DNA of 64,000 nucleotides from a virus (IMGVR_UViG_3300029841_000001:64001-128000); one strand, 5' to 3'. Numbered from the stretch's first letter, positions 31,409 to 42,096 are shown. The notes: a model not told the origin generated them from the sequence alone. Numbers and translations: made by a program.

Positions 31409-31852
31409 ATGATGAGAAAAATTGATTACAAATATTTCTCTAAAGCTAAACAGATTGCACAAGTGTCTGATTTCCCAAAAGTGCATATCGGATGTATCGC
31501 TGTTTATCAGAATCGAATTGTCGGGATTGGTTGTAATACAAATAAAACCCATCCAGCTCAGAAGTATTATAACCGATATCGTATAGATGATGCTGATTAT
31601 AACAGCTCAGAATCACTTTTACCAAAGCTCCATGCGGAGATTAATTGTCTTAATCAACTCAAACATTTAGACATTAACTTTTCAAAAGTGAAATTATACA
31701 TATATCGCACTAGGAAAGATATTGAATGTGGAATGGCAAGACCTTGTGCAAGCTGTATGCAAGCAATAAAAGATCTTGGAATTAGAGAAATATATTACAC
31801 AACTAATGACGGTTATTCGTATGAAAAAATAGAAAAGCGAGGTGCTGCTTAA
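31409..31852 (+). CDS. Zinc-dependent CMP/dCMP-type deaminase
   Basis: HAE and RPCASC motifs. Confidence 0.85.
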   Translation: MMRKIDYKYFSKAKQIAQVSDFPKVHIGCIAVYQNRIVGIGCNTNKTHPAQKYYNRYRIDDADYNSSESLLPKLHAEINCLNQLKHLDINFSKVKLYIYRTRKDIECGMARPCASCMQAIKDLGIREIYYTTNDGYSYEKIEKRGAA

Positions 31853-32076
31853 TGACATGTGAAGAATGTCACATGATGAGATGCTCCCTGACATGTCCTT
31901 ATTTTGTTCCAAAAAAGAAAACTAACTACTACTGCTCTATTTGTGGAGATGGAATATGCGATGGAGAAGAATATATAAAGAACGATGTTGGTGATTATGC
32001 TCATTGGGAATGTATTGACAGAAAGAAAGACTTAGCTGAATGGTTAGGTTATGAGATTGAAATTATGGAGGAATAA
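31852..32076 (+). CDS. Small Zn-finger protein
   Basis: CxxC motifs plus HWEC. Confidence 0.65.
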   Translation: MTCEECHMMRCSLTCPYFVPKKKTNYYCSICGDGICDGEEYIKNDVGDYAHWECIDRKKDLAEWLGYEIEIMEE

Positions 32077-32082
32077 AATTAT

Positions 32083-33495
32083 ATGAATATGTATGTACCA
32101 GAGTTAATGTACGCATTAGATTCTTTAAGTGAACATTCCGATTGGAAGAATGTTTACAATGTAAGTGGTGATGACGTATGTTATTGTCCTATTTGTTTAG
32201 GGAAAGTTAAACTTTGGAATGGACAAGATCCAAATAAGATCTATAAAAAGCAAAGATGTTTTCATCACATTGATGGTACTTGTTCACAAGAAAGCCAAGT
32301 TCACTTTGCTTATAAGAATTGGCTATTAGAAAAAGGCTCTAGATTTAAAGTAAATGATAAATTGTATGAAGTAGAAAGTGCAGTTGTAGAAAAAACAATA
32401 CATACTTCATTTGGAGATTATAGACCTGATATTATGATACAAACTTCTTGTGGGAAAACTTTTCTTGTGGAAGTAGCTTATAACAGCAAAAAGACTGATC
32501 AATATATTTATAAATGGGATGAAATTGGAAATGATGTATTAGAAATTGATGTAAATGAACAGATGTATACTGTAGCAACCAATGAGATACCATCGTTTAA
32601 ATTGATTTATTCTTCTAAAACTGGTGAGTGTTATATAAAAAGATATACTACTCAAGAATATGATGATTTGATTACAAGTAGAAAAATTTATTGGAAACGC
32701 AAGGATATTTTAGAATATAAAATTAAATGGGAACAATTAGACTGGTTTTGGAGAGAACTTCAAAATTTTTATTCTAATACTTCTGCTATAGAATCCGTTA
32801 TAGAATCTTTTGTTAAAATGAATTCTAAAGATCAAAAATTTGTTTGTACACATTTAAAAGGAAAACATTTAAATTTAAAACATACGTTAGAAAAACATTA
32901 TACAGACAAAGACGATTTAAAAGAAGCACATTTAAAACATATTAGTTGTGTTGTTAAAAAATTAAATAAGGAATTTGGATATAGTACATTAGATGAGGTT
33001 TATTTGTATAGAAAAGGTGAAAAAGTAATATTTATAGACAATTTTCCTTTTTACAATTGTTCTCATATGTATATTCATGATGAAACAAATGAGAATGATG
33101 TTTATGACTATTTTTATCCAATAATGAAAAAATACTATGAAGATGATATAGAACGAAGAGAACAGATAAAACAGAGACACATAAAACTAGAAAATAATAA
33201 AAAGTATTTTAACGATTATATAAAACCAATATTAAAAAAATTTAAGAGCAAGATAAATACATGTAAAAATAATGTATGGACTATGGATTTTTATTATAAT
33301 TATAATTGTATTGAATTTTCTATTGATATAAGACTTGATAATTTCTGGTGGAAAAGTAAAGTTATTGAAGTTAATGAAATGGATAATGTGGAAAATTATA
33401 TTCAAAATATTATTTATGGTATGATGTGTCAACTATTTAATGAGGGGTTAAAAAGTAATGGTACTCGTAGGCTTTTAAGAATGGAGGAAAGATAA
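32083..33495 (+). CDS. CoiA-like PD-(D/E)XK nuclease domain protein
   Basis: CPIC...FHH...C..ES.VH...K followed by RPDI...LVEV. Confidence 0.65.
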   Translation: MNMYVPELMYALDSLSEHSDWKNVYNVSGDDVCYCPICLGKVKLWNGQDPNKIYKKQRCFHHIDGTCSQESQVHFAYKNWLLEKGSRFKVNDKLYEVESAVVEKTIHTSFGDYRPDIMIQTSCGKTFLVEVAYNSKKTDQYIYKWDEIGNDVLEIDVNEQMYTVATNEIPSFKLIYSSKTGECYIKRYTTQEYDDLITSRKIYWKRKDILEYKIKWEQLDWFWRELQNFYSNTSAIESVIESFVKMNSKDQKFVCTHLKGKHLNLKHTLEKHYTDKDDLKEAHLKHISCVVKKLNKEFGYSTLDEVYLYRKGEKVIFIDNFPFYNCSHMYIHDETNENDVYDYFYPIMKKYYEDDIERREQIKQRHIKLENNKKYFNDYIKPILKKFKSKINTCKNNVWTMDFYYNYNCIEFSIDIRLDNFWWKSKVIEVNEMDNVENYIQNIIYGMMCQLFNEGLKSNGTRRLLRMEER

Positions 33496-36366
33496 ATGAT
33501 TGATTTAACAACAGGTGTATATATCCCAAGTGTGGACGCAAAAGATATTTATCTTTCTGCACATTACTACGGTTACGAAAATCACGACTATGATTTAAAA
33601 CTTAAAGATGGTAATTATAATTTAAGAAAATTTGTTAATACTCTTGATTACAGCTTGGACTTAATTGAGTTATTGGATATTTATTATAAAAAATATCGCA
33701 AAAATAATTTTTTGTTTACTGTAAAAAAGCACAAGTATACTACAAATGTTATTAATCTCACATTCAAATATTCTGTAAAAGAATGGAATCAAATGAACAA
33801 GAATACATTTGTAAAGTTTGGATACAACTATAGAGATTTGACGTTTGATGATTGCATTGCCAAAAGTAAGACAGGGGAAATTGTTGGTATTCAAATAAAT
33901 TCAAAAGTAAAAAATAAATTAGAAATACCATCTCCGTTTGTCGTGAAAAAAGTTGAAATCAAAGATAAGAAAGATAAATCAATTGTAAAAGAAGTTCAGT
34001 TACAATATCAGAAAAAAGGTGAACCTAAGACTTTAAAAACAAATGCTCAGTTAAGAGGTGAATTATATAAAAATGGTTTTACTTGCAATGGCGTTAAATA
34101 TTGCAGAATGAAACGGTCTACTGGATCAGCTAGAGTTGGAAAATGCCTTTTTATTAACGAATCATTATTTAAGCCATTACTAAATTTTAGTTCTGGTGCA
34201 ATCCGTTTAAATCCTGGTGATGAAATAGACCTTGCTGCATATGAGGGGTATATCGCTCTCCCATCAAGTAGTATTATTGATACTCTACCAATTAAACCAG
34301 AGAATATTTTATTAATTGATGATTACGATAGTGTATTCAATGAAGATGTAATTGAAACTCACGATGAAAACAACTGGTTAAAAACAACTGAAAAGAATTG
34401 TACTATTACAAATACGATATGGGATGGACAATCATTAATGGATATATCTTTATTTGGAGATTATTCAGAATATGGAATGGTGCTTCTCAGAAACTTAATG
34501 TTTAAGTCATGTTGTTTTAATTGTAATATTCAACAATGGTTTAAGGATAATAATATTACAGATATTTCACAATTAAATGGGAAAACAAGAGCTACCAAAA
34601 TTGAAGATGTAAAATTAATCACTACACCAAATAGTATTAAATATCTGAAATTTAGTACATGGGATGAATGGCTTGATAATTTATATCCTAATTTTGGAGT
34701 TGTAAAACATGATAAAAAGACTCACTTTTTTGAAGGTAGACTTGTTCAAACTCATTACCAGCTTTTGAACACATTACAAATGTCAAAAGATGAAGTTAAT
34801 GAATTTTTATCAGAAGCTTTAGACTTTGCACAATTATTACGCAACAATCCAGAGGTTGTACGATATTATATTAAATATCCTGATATTGATGAGTTAGATC
34901 CATTATCACGGCCTATGAACAGTAAAAATGATGTTGTATATAATTTAATGAGTATTAATGATAACTTCACAAAGACTAAATATTATAAAGATTTTTTAAT
35001 TGATTTACTCAGGTCATATTATAAGAATCTAAAAAATGGACATGTTTATGTAAATGGAAATTATTCTACTTTGCTAGGAAATCCAATTGAAATGTTACAA
35101 CAATCAATTGGTAAATTCGATGGTAAAAGTCAAATTGGAATTGGTAATATACATAGTATACGATTTGATTATAATAAAACATTATTGGCAAGTCGTAGCC
35201 CTCATGTAACGATTGGTAATATTTGGCTTCCGTATAATACGGAGAATAAACTAATAGATTGTTATTTTAATCTCACACCTGAAATTATATGTCTTAATTC
35301 AATTGGAGAAAATGTTTTACAAAGATTATCAGGCGCAGATTTTGATAGTGATACCGTATTACTAACGGATAACGAAATACTAATTCGTGCGGCAAAAAGG
35401 AATTATCATTTATTCAAGACTCCTACTTCTTTTGTATCGGCTCGAAAAGTAAAAAGATATTATACTCCTGAACAACAAGCAGATCTTGATATTAAGACAT
35501 CGGTAAATAAGATTGGAGAAATTATTAACCTGTCACAAGAGTTAAACTCTTTATTATGGGATAGAATGTATCATGGAGAAACTTATGATGATATCAAAGA
35601 ACTATATTATGATATTTGTCAATTGGATGTAATGTCTGGTATTGAAATTGATAAAGCAAAGAAAGAATTTGATGTTAATAATGTTAAAGAACTCGATAAA
35701 TTAAGACAAAAATACGCACCCGTCCTTGAACACATCGAAAAAGATGAAGAAGGAAGAGATGTTAAAAAGAAAAAAGTGCCACATTTCTTCTCTCATATAT
35801 CAAAACAAAAAGGATTCTACAATCCAGAGAAAAAATATTATTGCAAGTATCATACGACTATGGATTATTTACAAACAATAGTAAATGGATTTAGAATTAA
35901 AAATCCATATAAAAAAGATTGGTCGCCATTCACAACATTGTTGGATAATGAAAAATATTACAGCTATAATGTAAATCAAAATCAGATTGATAAAATTTAC
36001 ACTATGATCAAAAAATATGTTAATGATAGAAAGTTAATATATTCATCCGATTCGGACTCAAAAGAAGATAAGAATGAAAGATCCAATAAATTAAAAGTTG
36101 ATTTAATTTCGGATATTGAATCTGAGACTATAGGATACTCTACAATGTATAGATTATTATCTTCTGTCGAAGATAAAGAAAATGCACAGATCAAAAATTT
36201 ATTATTAGAGATATTATTTTTATGTGGAAATAAAAGTTTTAACGAGACAATAATTCAATCTTCTAATGAAATAAAACAGTTAGAAATTGACGGAAACGAC
36301 ATAAAAATCTTTGATATTGGTTTTAAAATTGCAAAAAAGCGAATAAATTCATGCAAAAATGAGTGA
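33496..36366 (+). CDS. YonO-type single-subunit (two-barrel) RNA polymerase
   Basis: RSPH and GADFDSD metal-binding motif, DG motif and IDKAK; 956 aa; SPbeta-like synteny. Confidence 0.85.
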   Translation: MIDLTTGVYIPSVDAKDIYLSAHYYGYENHDYDLKLKDGNYNLRKFVNTLDYSLDLIELLDIYYKKYRKNNFLFTVKKHKYTTNVINLTFKYSVKEWNQMNKNTFVKFGYNYRDLTFDDCIAKSKTGEIVGIQINSKVKNKLEIPSPFVVKKVEIKDKKDKSIVKEVQLQYQKKGEPKTLKTNAQLRGELYKNGFTCNGVKYCRMKRSTGSARVGKCLFINESLFKPLLNFSSGAIRLNPGDEIDLAAYEGYIALPSSSIIDTLPIKPENILLIDDYDSVFNEDVIETHDENNWLKTTEKNCTITNTIWDGQSLMDISLFGDYSEYGMVLLRNLMFKSCCFNCNIQQWFKDNNITDISQLNGKTRATKIEDVKLITTPNSIKYLKFSTWDEWLDNLYPNFGVVKHDKKTHFFEGRLVQTHYQLLNTLQMSKDEVNEFLSEALDFAQLLRNNPEVVRYYIKYPDIDELDPLSRPMNSKNDVVYNLMSINDNFTKTKYYKDFLIDLLRSYYKNLKNGHVYVNGNYSTLLGNPIEMLQQSIGKFDGKSQIGIGNIHSIRFDYNKTLLASRSPHVTIGNIWLPYNTENKLIDCYFNLTPEIICLNSIGENVLQRLSGADFDSDTVLLTDNEILIRAAKRNYHLFKTPTSFVSARKVKRYYTPEQQADLDIKTSVNKIGEIINLSQELNSLLWDRMYHGETYDDIKELYYDICQLDVMSGIEIDKAKKEFDVNNVKELDKLRQKYAPVLEHIEKDEEGRDVKKKKVPHFFSHISKQKGFYNPEKKYYCKYHTTMDYLQTIVNGFRIKNPYKKDWSPFTTLLDNEKYYSYNVNQNQIDKIYTMIKKYVNDRKLIYSSDSDSKEDKNERSNKLKVDLISDIESETIGYSTMYRLLSSVEDKENAQIKNLLLEILFLCGNKSFNETIIQSSNEIKQLEIDGNDIKIFDIGFKIAKKRINSCKNE

Positions 36367-36497
36367 TTTCGTCCTAAATTTAGGACGAAATTTAAGTTAC
36401 TATGGAGAGGGTAGTTTTCAAATTATTATTTTAACGATTACTACCCTACTCTATCTTGTGTAACTTATCTTAATCTGAAACAGAGGAGGAATTTAAC

Positions 36498-36815
36498 ATA
36501 CAAGAAAATTATACATATATTTCTCAAAAGGAAATTTCCCATGAAATCGAAAAAAGATTGGGTTGTTCTGCACATGATGTATTTAAAATATTAGATACAT
36601 TAAGTGATGTGGTAAAGGATAAAATTAGTGATACGGATAATGCAGAAATAAAAATATTTCCTGGACTAAAAGTAACTTCTAAGTGTGTACCATCAGAACA
36701 ATATAATTCTAATTTAAAAAATGTAAATATACCATCTGACCATGTTTTAAAATTATCTGTATATTTTACACATGATTATAAAAGAAAAATAAGAGAAACA
36801 TATAAAACTCATTAA
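36498..36815 (+). CDS. Divergent HU/IHF-like protein, probable ATA start
   Basis: GAGGAGG RBS precedes an in-frame ATA; SQKEISHEI...EIKIFPGLK resembles the HU fold. Confidence 0.55.
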   Translation: MQENYTYISQKEISHEIEKRLGCSAHDVFKILDTLSDVVKDKISDTDNAEIKIFPGLKVTSKCVPSEQYNSNLKNVNIPSDHVLKLSVYFTHDYKRKIRETYKTH

Positions 36816-36890
36816 TTGGTATATAATCTTCGGTTGCACTGATTCTTCCCCCTTTCGCTACAGTGCTTCCGTTGATTAAAAATATAATAA

Positions 36891-36963
36891 TGCGGATTAG
36901 AGAAGTAGTTAACTCGCTTGGCTCATAACCAAGAGAACATTGGTGCAAATCCAATATCCGCTA
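36891..36963 (+). tRNA. tRNA-Met(CAT), initiator-like
   Basis: Cloverleaf with GCGGAT/ATCCGC acceptor, unpaired 1:72 and anticodon loop CTCATAA. Confidence 0.8.
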
Positions 36964-36997
36964 TTTGATGCGTTTTATGACGCATCATAAATTTTAC

Positions 36998-37855
36998 AAT
37001 GTTATTGTTACGATTATGTGGCTTGACACAGATAGTATATCGTGAGGTATATAAAGATAGATTTACGCCCTATCGCTATAGAGATATAGTCAATTCAAGC
37101 AAAACTGACATACTAGTAACTCAAAAGGTTACGTTTCGCAATTGAGTCTATGCGGAAATAGTATGTATTATAAGGAGCGATAAGGTAATTTAGGGGCGAC
37201 CGCTGAGAATTACTTTTTGACCGCAAATCAGATAGCTCATGCAAACTTATATGCATATGATGGTGAATCAGGAGGATAAATAGTGCAAGAATTTATTAAT
37301 CGAGTGCGTTATCCATTTATATGAGTATATTACTTATGTGAACGTTGAGTAGGGATTATAACTGAAAGACACGAAGGTGTGATGTATTTTTGTTCTCAAA
37401 AGGAACGAAAGCGTCTGGTGTAGCACATCTTCTGTTATTTAGACTTCGATTTTCTAATATTATGTTTATTGAATTTTATTATATGATTGGCAAAAGAATT
37501 TAGTAGAAACTACAAAAGTAGAAAATTAATTAAAGCGAAAGTCTACACCTCTACATGGTGAAAGCAACCTAATTCCATAGTACTTGTAAGAGTATAATAT
37601 GGACATTAATAAGTCTCGCAAGACTTTGAGATGTTTGATCAAGTTTGCACAGTGTTCTTAGCGGAACTTTACGGCATGGCAATGTCGATGGAATAACAAA
37701 ATCAGAGTAATCATGTAGCAAAAGAGAAATGCCTCTCTTTCAAAAAGGCGGTTGTGGAAGTTTACTATATATGCGTAAGGTATATAGTGGATACGGAAAG
37801 AACTCATAATGTTCTAAAAGAACTTCTGTATAAATGTGTAATCTCAGCATTTACA
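36998..37855 (+). ncRNA. Probable GOLLD large ornate RNA
   Basis: ~860-nt ORF-free hairpin-rich region between tRNAs; CTGGTGTAGCAC and 3' GTGGATACGG...TGTAATCTCAG hairpin resemble GOLLD as recalled. Confidence 0.7.
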
Positions 37856-37865
37856 ATAATAATAA

Positions 37866-37944
37866 TGATATATAGCTCAATTGGTTAGAGTGATCGCTTC
37901 CGTTATGGATTCGGTAGATTTAGGTTCAAAATCTAATGTATCAA
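37866..37944 (+). tRNA. Degenerate tRNA-like element
   Basis: TGATATA/TGTATCA acceptor, TAGCTCAATTGGTTAGAG D arm and GGTTCAAA T loop; anticodon arm aberrant. Confidence 0.55.
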
Positions 37945-38015
37945 TTAAGCCAGGAATAAAATAACTCTCTTAAAAATACTGGCGATAAGGGACACCGTGA
38001 GGTGTTCCCTTTTGT

Positions 38016-38104
38016 GTACAGGTGGCAGAGTCAGGTTTAATGCGGATGCCTTGAAAGCATTTGATGGATAAAACCATCCGTGGGTTCAAATCCTACCCTG
38101 TACG
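38016..38104 (+). tRNA. tRNA-Ser(TGA)
   Basis: GTACAGG/CCTGTAC acceptor, CTTGAAA anticodon loop, long variable arm, G discriminator. Confidence 0.88.
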
Positions 38105-38369
38105 TTACTCTCCTATTTGGAGAAATAAATGAAAAGGACGTGAATTGTTATTAAACAAATTACTAAAAAAGAAATGGAATACCTTATGAATAAAGGTTTT
38201 AAGTTCCATGAAGATATTTTTAAGACATATAGTGGTAATAGTAAATATTACTATAGAGAATGTCGAGAAATTAATAAGGCATTAGATAATTACCACAACT
38301 GCTTAAATGTTGTGGAATATAAATGACAGAAAAGCAAGACAAAATATATAGGAAAGGTGGTATCTTTTA

Positions 38370-39602
38370 TTGGAATATAAATTATTTCTGGATACCAATG
38401 CGTTATTAAATTTACAAAGCGCAGCATTTAAAGAGAAATTTGTCATTTCTCAAAAGACTCTTGAAGAAATTGAGTCGATTAAAACATCAGGTCATAAGGA
38501 TGGGGATGTAAAATATAAAGCAAGATCAATCGCAAGATTACTTGATCAAAGCGAAAATTATGAAGTAATTGCATATACACCAGAAGTCAGAAAAATTATT
38601 AATGATTTTACATTGGACGAAACACCAGATAATATCATTCTAGCCTCTGCTTATTGGTATAATCAATCTTCTTCCATTATCGTTTGTACAGATGATCTTA
38701 ATTGTAAATTCATTTCAAAGAATATTTTTAAACTTCCCACAAAAGGAACGCAAGAACTTAATCTTGTTAAGAATCTTGATGAATATACAGGATATAAGGA
38801 TGTAACTCTTTCTGATGAAGAAATGAGTTATTTTTATTTACATACAAATGAGAATATGTATGATTCTCTTCTAAATGAATATTTGATTATTCGTAAGAGC
38901 GATGGTGAAGTTGTTGATTATCGTAAATGGAATGGCGAAGAATATAAACCTATCTCATACAAACAAATTTCAAACAGATTTTTAGGCAAGATTAAGCCAC
39001 GTAATCCAGAACAGGTTTTGGCTTTTGATATGCTACAAAATAAAGATATTACGATTAAAGTTTTATCAGGTAGATTTGGTAGTGGAAAATCAATGCTAAT
39101 GATTTCTAACGCTCTTAAACTGATTGAGGAAGGTAAATTTGAACGGTTGGTATTTATTAGAAATCCTATAACAGTTCATAATATTACAGAAATTGGTTTT
39201 ATTCCTGGAACGATTGAAGAAAAAATGAAGCCAGGTGCAATGGTTCTAGCGGATCACTTAGGTGGTGAAACAGGACTTGATATGCAAATCATGGCAGGAA
39301 ATATTTCAATTGAATTTATCGGAAATATTCGTGGTCGAGATTATAAGAACTGTATTCTATATTGTACAGAATCAGAAAACTTAACAAAAGAACATATCCA
39401 ATTATTAATTGGTCGTATCGGAGAGAATTCTGAATTATGGCTAGACGGGGACGTAAAACAAGTGGATAGTCCTTTATTTAGAAATAACAATGGATTATTA
39501 TGCTCCGTTCAAAAACTTTCTGGACACAAAAAATTCGGATATGTACAACTTAATAAAACTGAACGTAGTGAAACGGCTGCAATGGCAGATTTGTTAGATT
39601 AA
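38370..39602 (+). CDS. phoH: PIN-PhoH protein
   Basis: N-terminal LDTN PIN domain; GRFGSGKS Walker A; IGFIPG and IRGR motifs. Confidence 0.9.
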   Translation: MEYKLFLDTNALLNLQSAAFKEKFVISQKTLEEIESIKTSGHKDGDVKYKARSIARLLDQSENYEVIAYTPEVRKIINDFTLDETPDNIILASAYWYNQSSSIIVCTDDLNCKFISKNIFKLPTKGTQELNLVKNLDEYTGYKDVTLSDEEMSYFYLHTNENMYDSLLNEYLIIRKSDGEVVDYRKWNGEEYKPISYKQISNRFLGKIKPRNPEQVLAFDMLQNKDITIKVLSGRFGSGKSMLMISNALKLIEEGKFERLVFIRNPITVHNITEIGFIPGTIEEKMKPGAMVLADHLGGETGLDMQIMAGNISIEFIGNIRGRDYKNCILYCTESENLTKEHIQLLIGRIGENSELWLDGDVKQVDSPLFRNNNGLLCSVQKLSGHKKFGYVQLNKTERSETAAMADLLD

Positions 39603-39633
39603 AAATATTACGAAAATCGAGGAATTATAGCCT

Positions 39634-40251
39634 ATGAAATATAAAAATGAAGCAAATACCACTATGAATATCTGTTATACGGATATTTATGATATGGAAG
39701 AACTTGATAATCGAAGACTTTATATTAATAACGATATTGATAATGAAATTATTGATACAATTGTATATCATATTTTGCGTTTTAATAGAATTGATAAAGA
39801 TAAGAAACCAGAAGAAAGGAAGCCAATCTTATTATACATTAACTCACCAGGGGGGGATGTTTACTCTGGCTATGGACTTATCTCTGCCATGCAAGATAGT
39901 ATTACACCAATTTATACGATTAATCAAGGTATGTGTGCATCAATGGCATTTCTTATTTTCTTAGCAGGATCTAAGCGATATTCTATGAGAAATTCTACAT
40001 TTCTTATGCATGATGGCTCAAATGGTGCATTTATTGAAAGTGCATCTAAACTTAGAGACAGAATTGAGTATGAAACTGGTCAGCTAGAACAATTAACAAA
40101 GAAATTTGTGCTAGAACATACAACTATTGATGATAAATTTTATGATGAAAAGTATCGTGTAGAATGGTATATGCTTCCAGAAGAAGCAAAATCTCATAGA
40201 ATTTGTGATTATATTATTGGAAAAGATTGCACTTTAGACGAAATCATCTAA
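39634..40251 (+). CDS. ClpP-like protease subunit
   Basis: YINSPGG, CASMA and FLMH motifs. Confidence 0.88.
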   Translation: MKYKNEANTTMNICYTDIYDMEELDNRRLYINNDIDNEIIDTIVYHILRFNRIDKDKKPEERKPILLYINSPGGDVYSGYGLISAMQDSITPIYTINQGMCASMAFLIFLAGSKRYSMRNSTFLMHDGSNGAFIESASKLRDRIEYETGQLEQLTKKFVLEHTTIDDKFYDEKYRVEWYMLPEEAKSHRICDYIIGKDCTLDEII

Positions 40252-40312
40252 GAAGAGTTATTAATACTCTTCTATTTTTTATGAAAATATATAAATTTAA
40301 GGAGAAGAAAAC

Positions 40313-40513
40313 ATGATCAAGATCAACGAAACACCAGAAAAATTAAATCCACGCAAAATTAATATCCAGCTTAAAAATATTTCTTTAAAAGATCTTCACT
40401 TAATCGACACTGATACAGGTGAAGATGTGACTCAGGAAGTAATTGATACTCTTCCAGAAGGAACAGAGACAATTGATTTTAAAATCACTAAAGAACTTCC
40501 AGAAGAAGAATAA
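40313..40513 (+). CDS. Small hypothetical protein (YonK-like position)
   Basis: AAGGAG RBS; synteny. Confidence 0.6.
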   Translation: MIKINETPEKLNPRKINIQLKNISLKDLHLIDTDTGEDVTQEVIDTLPEGTETIDFKITKELPEEE

Positions 40514-40521
40514 GTTGGGCG

Positions 40522-41739
40522 GTGAATGATATACATAACTATAAAAGAATAGATGGTGAATCAGAACAGGAATTAATTTATAGAATTTGTTCCGAAAAAG
40601 ATAAAATTGGTACTTGGTCTGATGTACAGAATGTTTTAAATTCAATTTTAGGTAAACACTATCAAGAGTCGACTTATCGAAAGTCCTATCAATCATTTAA
40701 TAAAATGATGGAAGCGAATAGAAAGAAATTTGTTGACTCAGATGGACAACTAAAAGAGATAGATAGAAAAATCGAAGAACTAAAGCGAGAACGTATTAAA
40801 ACACAAACATGTAATATCGAAAGAAATCGTATTGATCGTAGTATATCAAGACAAGAAATGTACTACGAGTATGTTGGAAAAGCTATTACTTCTCTTCCAC
40901 TTCCAGAATTTAATCCTATTCATGTTAAAGATGAAGATGATGGAACTATTGAATATTTAGTAGCTCTTAGCGATTTGCATTACGGTGCTACGTTCAAAAG
41001 TGAAAATAATGAATATTCACCTGAGATTGCACAAGATAGATTGTCATATCTTACAGAAGAATTGATTCAATTTATACGTAATAATAAATTAACAAAACTT
41101 AATATCGCATGTCTTGGTAATGTATTACAGGGTCTTATTCATTTAACTGATTTAAAAATTAATGATAGTGCTGTTGTAAAATCATGTGTGGAAATTTGTA
41201 GATTAATTGCAATGATGTTAAATACGCTTTCTACATATACACAAATTGAATATTATCATGTTCCATCAGCAAATCATACTCAAATTCGTGCATTAGGAGC
41301 TAAAGCAAATGAACTAATGGATGAAGATTTAGAGTATCTGATTGGAAATTATATCAAAGATTTATGCAAAAATAATAAACGTATTAACGTACATCTTGCG
41401 GATGAAGGAAAACAATATATTGTCGTTTCTATAAATGGATATGATGTTATTGCAATGCATGGACATCAGATTAAAAATATTGAAAATTCTATTAAAGATA
41501 TTTCTATGATGAGAAGAGAATTTGTTGACTATCTTTTATTAGGACACTTTCATGCAGGAAAACAAATCGTTGCTCATGAAGGATGTTGTAATGATTCAGA
41601 AGTTTTAGTTGCTGGTTCATTTGTTGGTAGTGATCCGTATTCTGATTCATTGTTTAAAGGAAGTAAATCATCTGTAAGTATATATGGATTTGATTATGTT
41701 TATGGACATACAGAAACACATAAAATTATTTTAAATTAA
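40522..41739 (+). CDS. Calcineurin-like metallophosphoesterase
   Basis: SDLHYG, ANH, MHGH and GHFH motifs; usual GD motif reads GN. Confidence 0.8.
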   Translation: MNDIHNYKRIDGESEQELIYRICSEKDKIGTWSDVQNVLNSILGKHYQESTYRKSYQSFNKMMEANRKKFVDSDGQLKEIDRKIEELKRERIKTQTCNIERNRIDRSISRQEMYYEYVGKAITSLPLPEFNPIHVKDEDDGTIEYLVALSDLHYGATFKSENNEYSPEIAQDRLSYLTEELIQFIRNNKLTKLNIACLGNVLQGLIHLTDLKINDSAVVKSCVEICRLIAMMLNTLSTYTQIEYYHVPSANHTQIRALGAKANELMDEDLEYLIGNYIKDLCKNNKRINVHLADEGKQYIVVSINGYDVIAMHGHQIKNIENSIKDISMMRREFVDYLLLGHFHAGKQIVAHEGCCNDSEVLVAGSFVGSDPYSDSLFKGSKSSVSIYGFDYVYGHTETHKIILN

Positions 41740-41805
41740 CGTTATGGAGAGTACACCGCTACTCTCCTATTTTAGTAGAAATATAGAAGAAAGAGGTTTT
41801 TATAA

Positions 41806-42084
41806 ATGACAAAAACAGATTTTATTAATAGATTCGCAGAAGAAACAACATGGACAAAAAAAGACTCTGAATTTGCTATTAATTCTGCAATTAAAGTTAT
41901 CAGTGATTTTCTTGTAGAAGGAGAAAAACTTACTCTAGTAGGATTTGGAACGTTTGAAGTTGTTGAAAGAGCAGCAAGAGAAGGTCGCAATCCTCAAACC
42001 GGCGAATCACTTATGATCAAAGCGTGTAAAACACCAAAATTTAAACCAGCAAAAGCACTTAAAGAACTTGTTGATGGCAAATAA
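41806..42084 (+). CDS. hup: HU DNA-binding protein
   Basis: GFGTFEV..RAAREGRNPQTGE...PKFKPAKALKE. Confidence 0.95.
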   Translation: MTKTDFINRFAEETTWTKKDSEFAINSAIKVISDFLVEGEKLTLVGFGTFEVVERAAREGRNPQTGESLMIKACKTPKFKPAKALKELVDGK

Positions 42085-42096
42085 GAGGAATTATAT

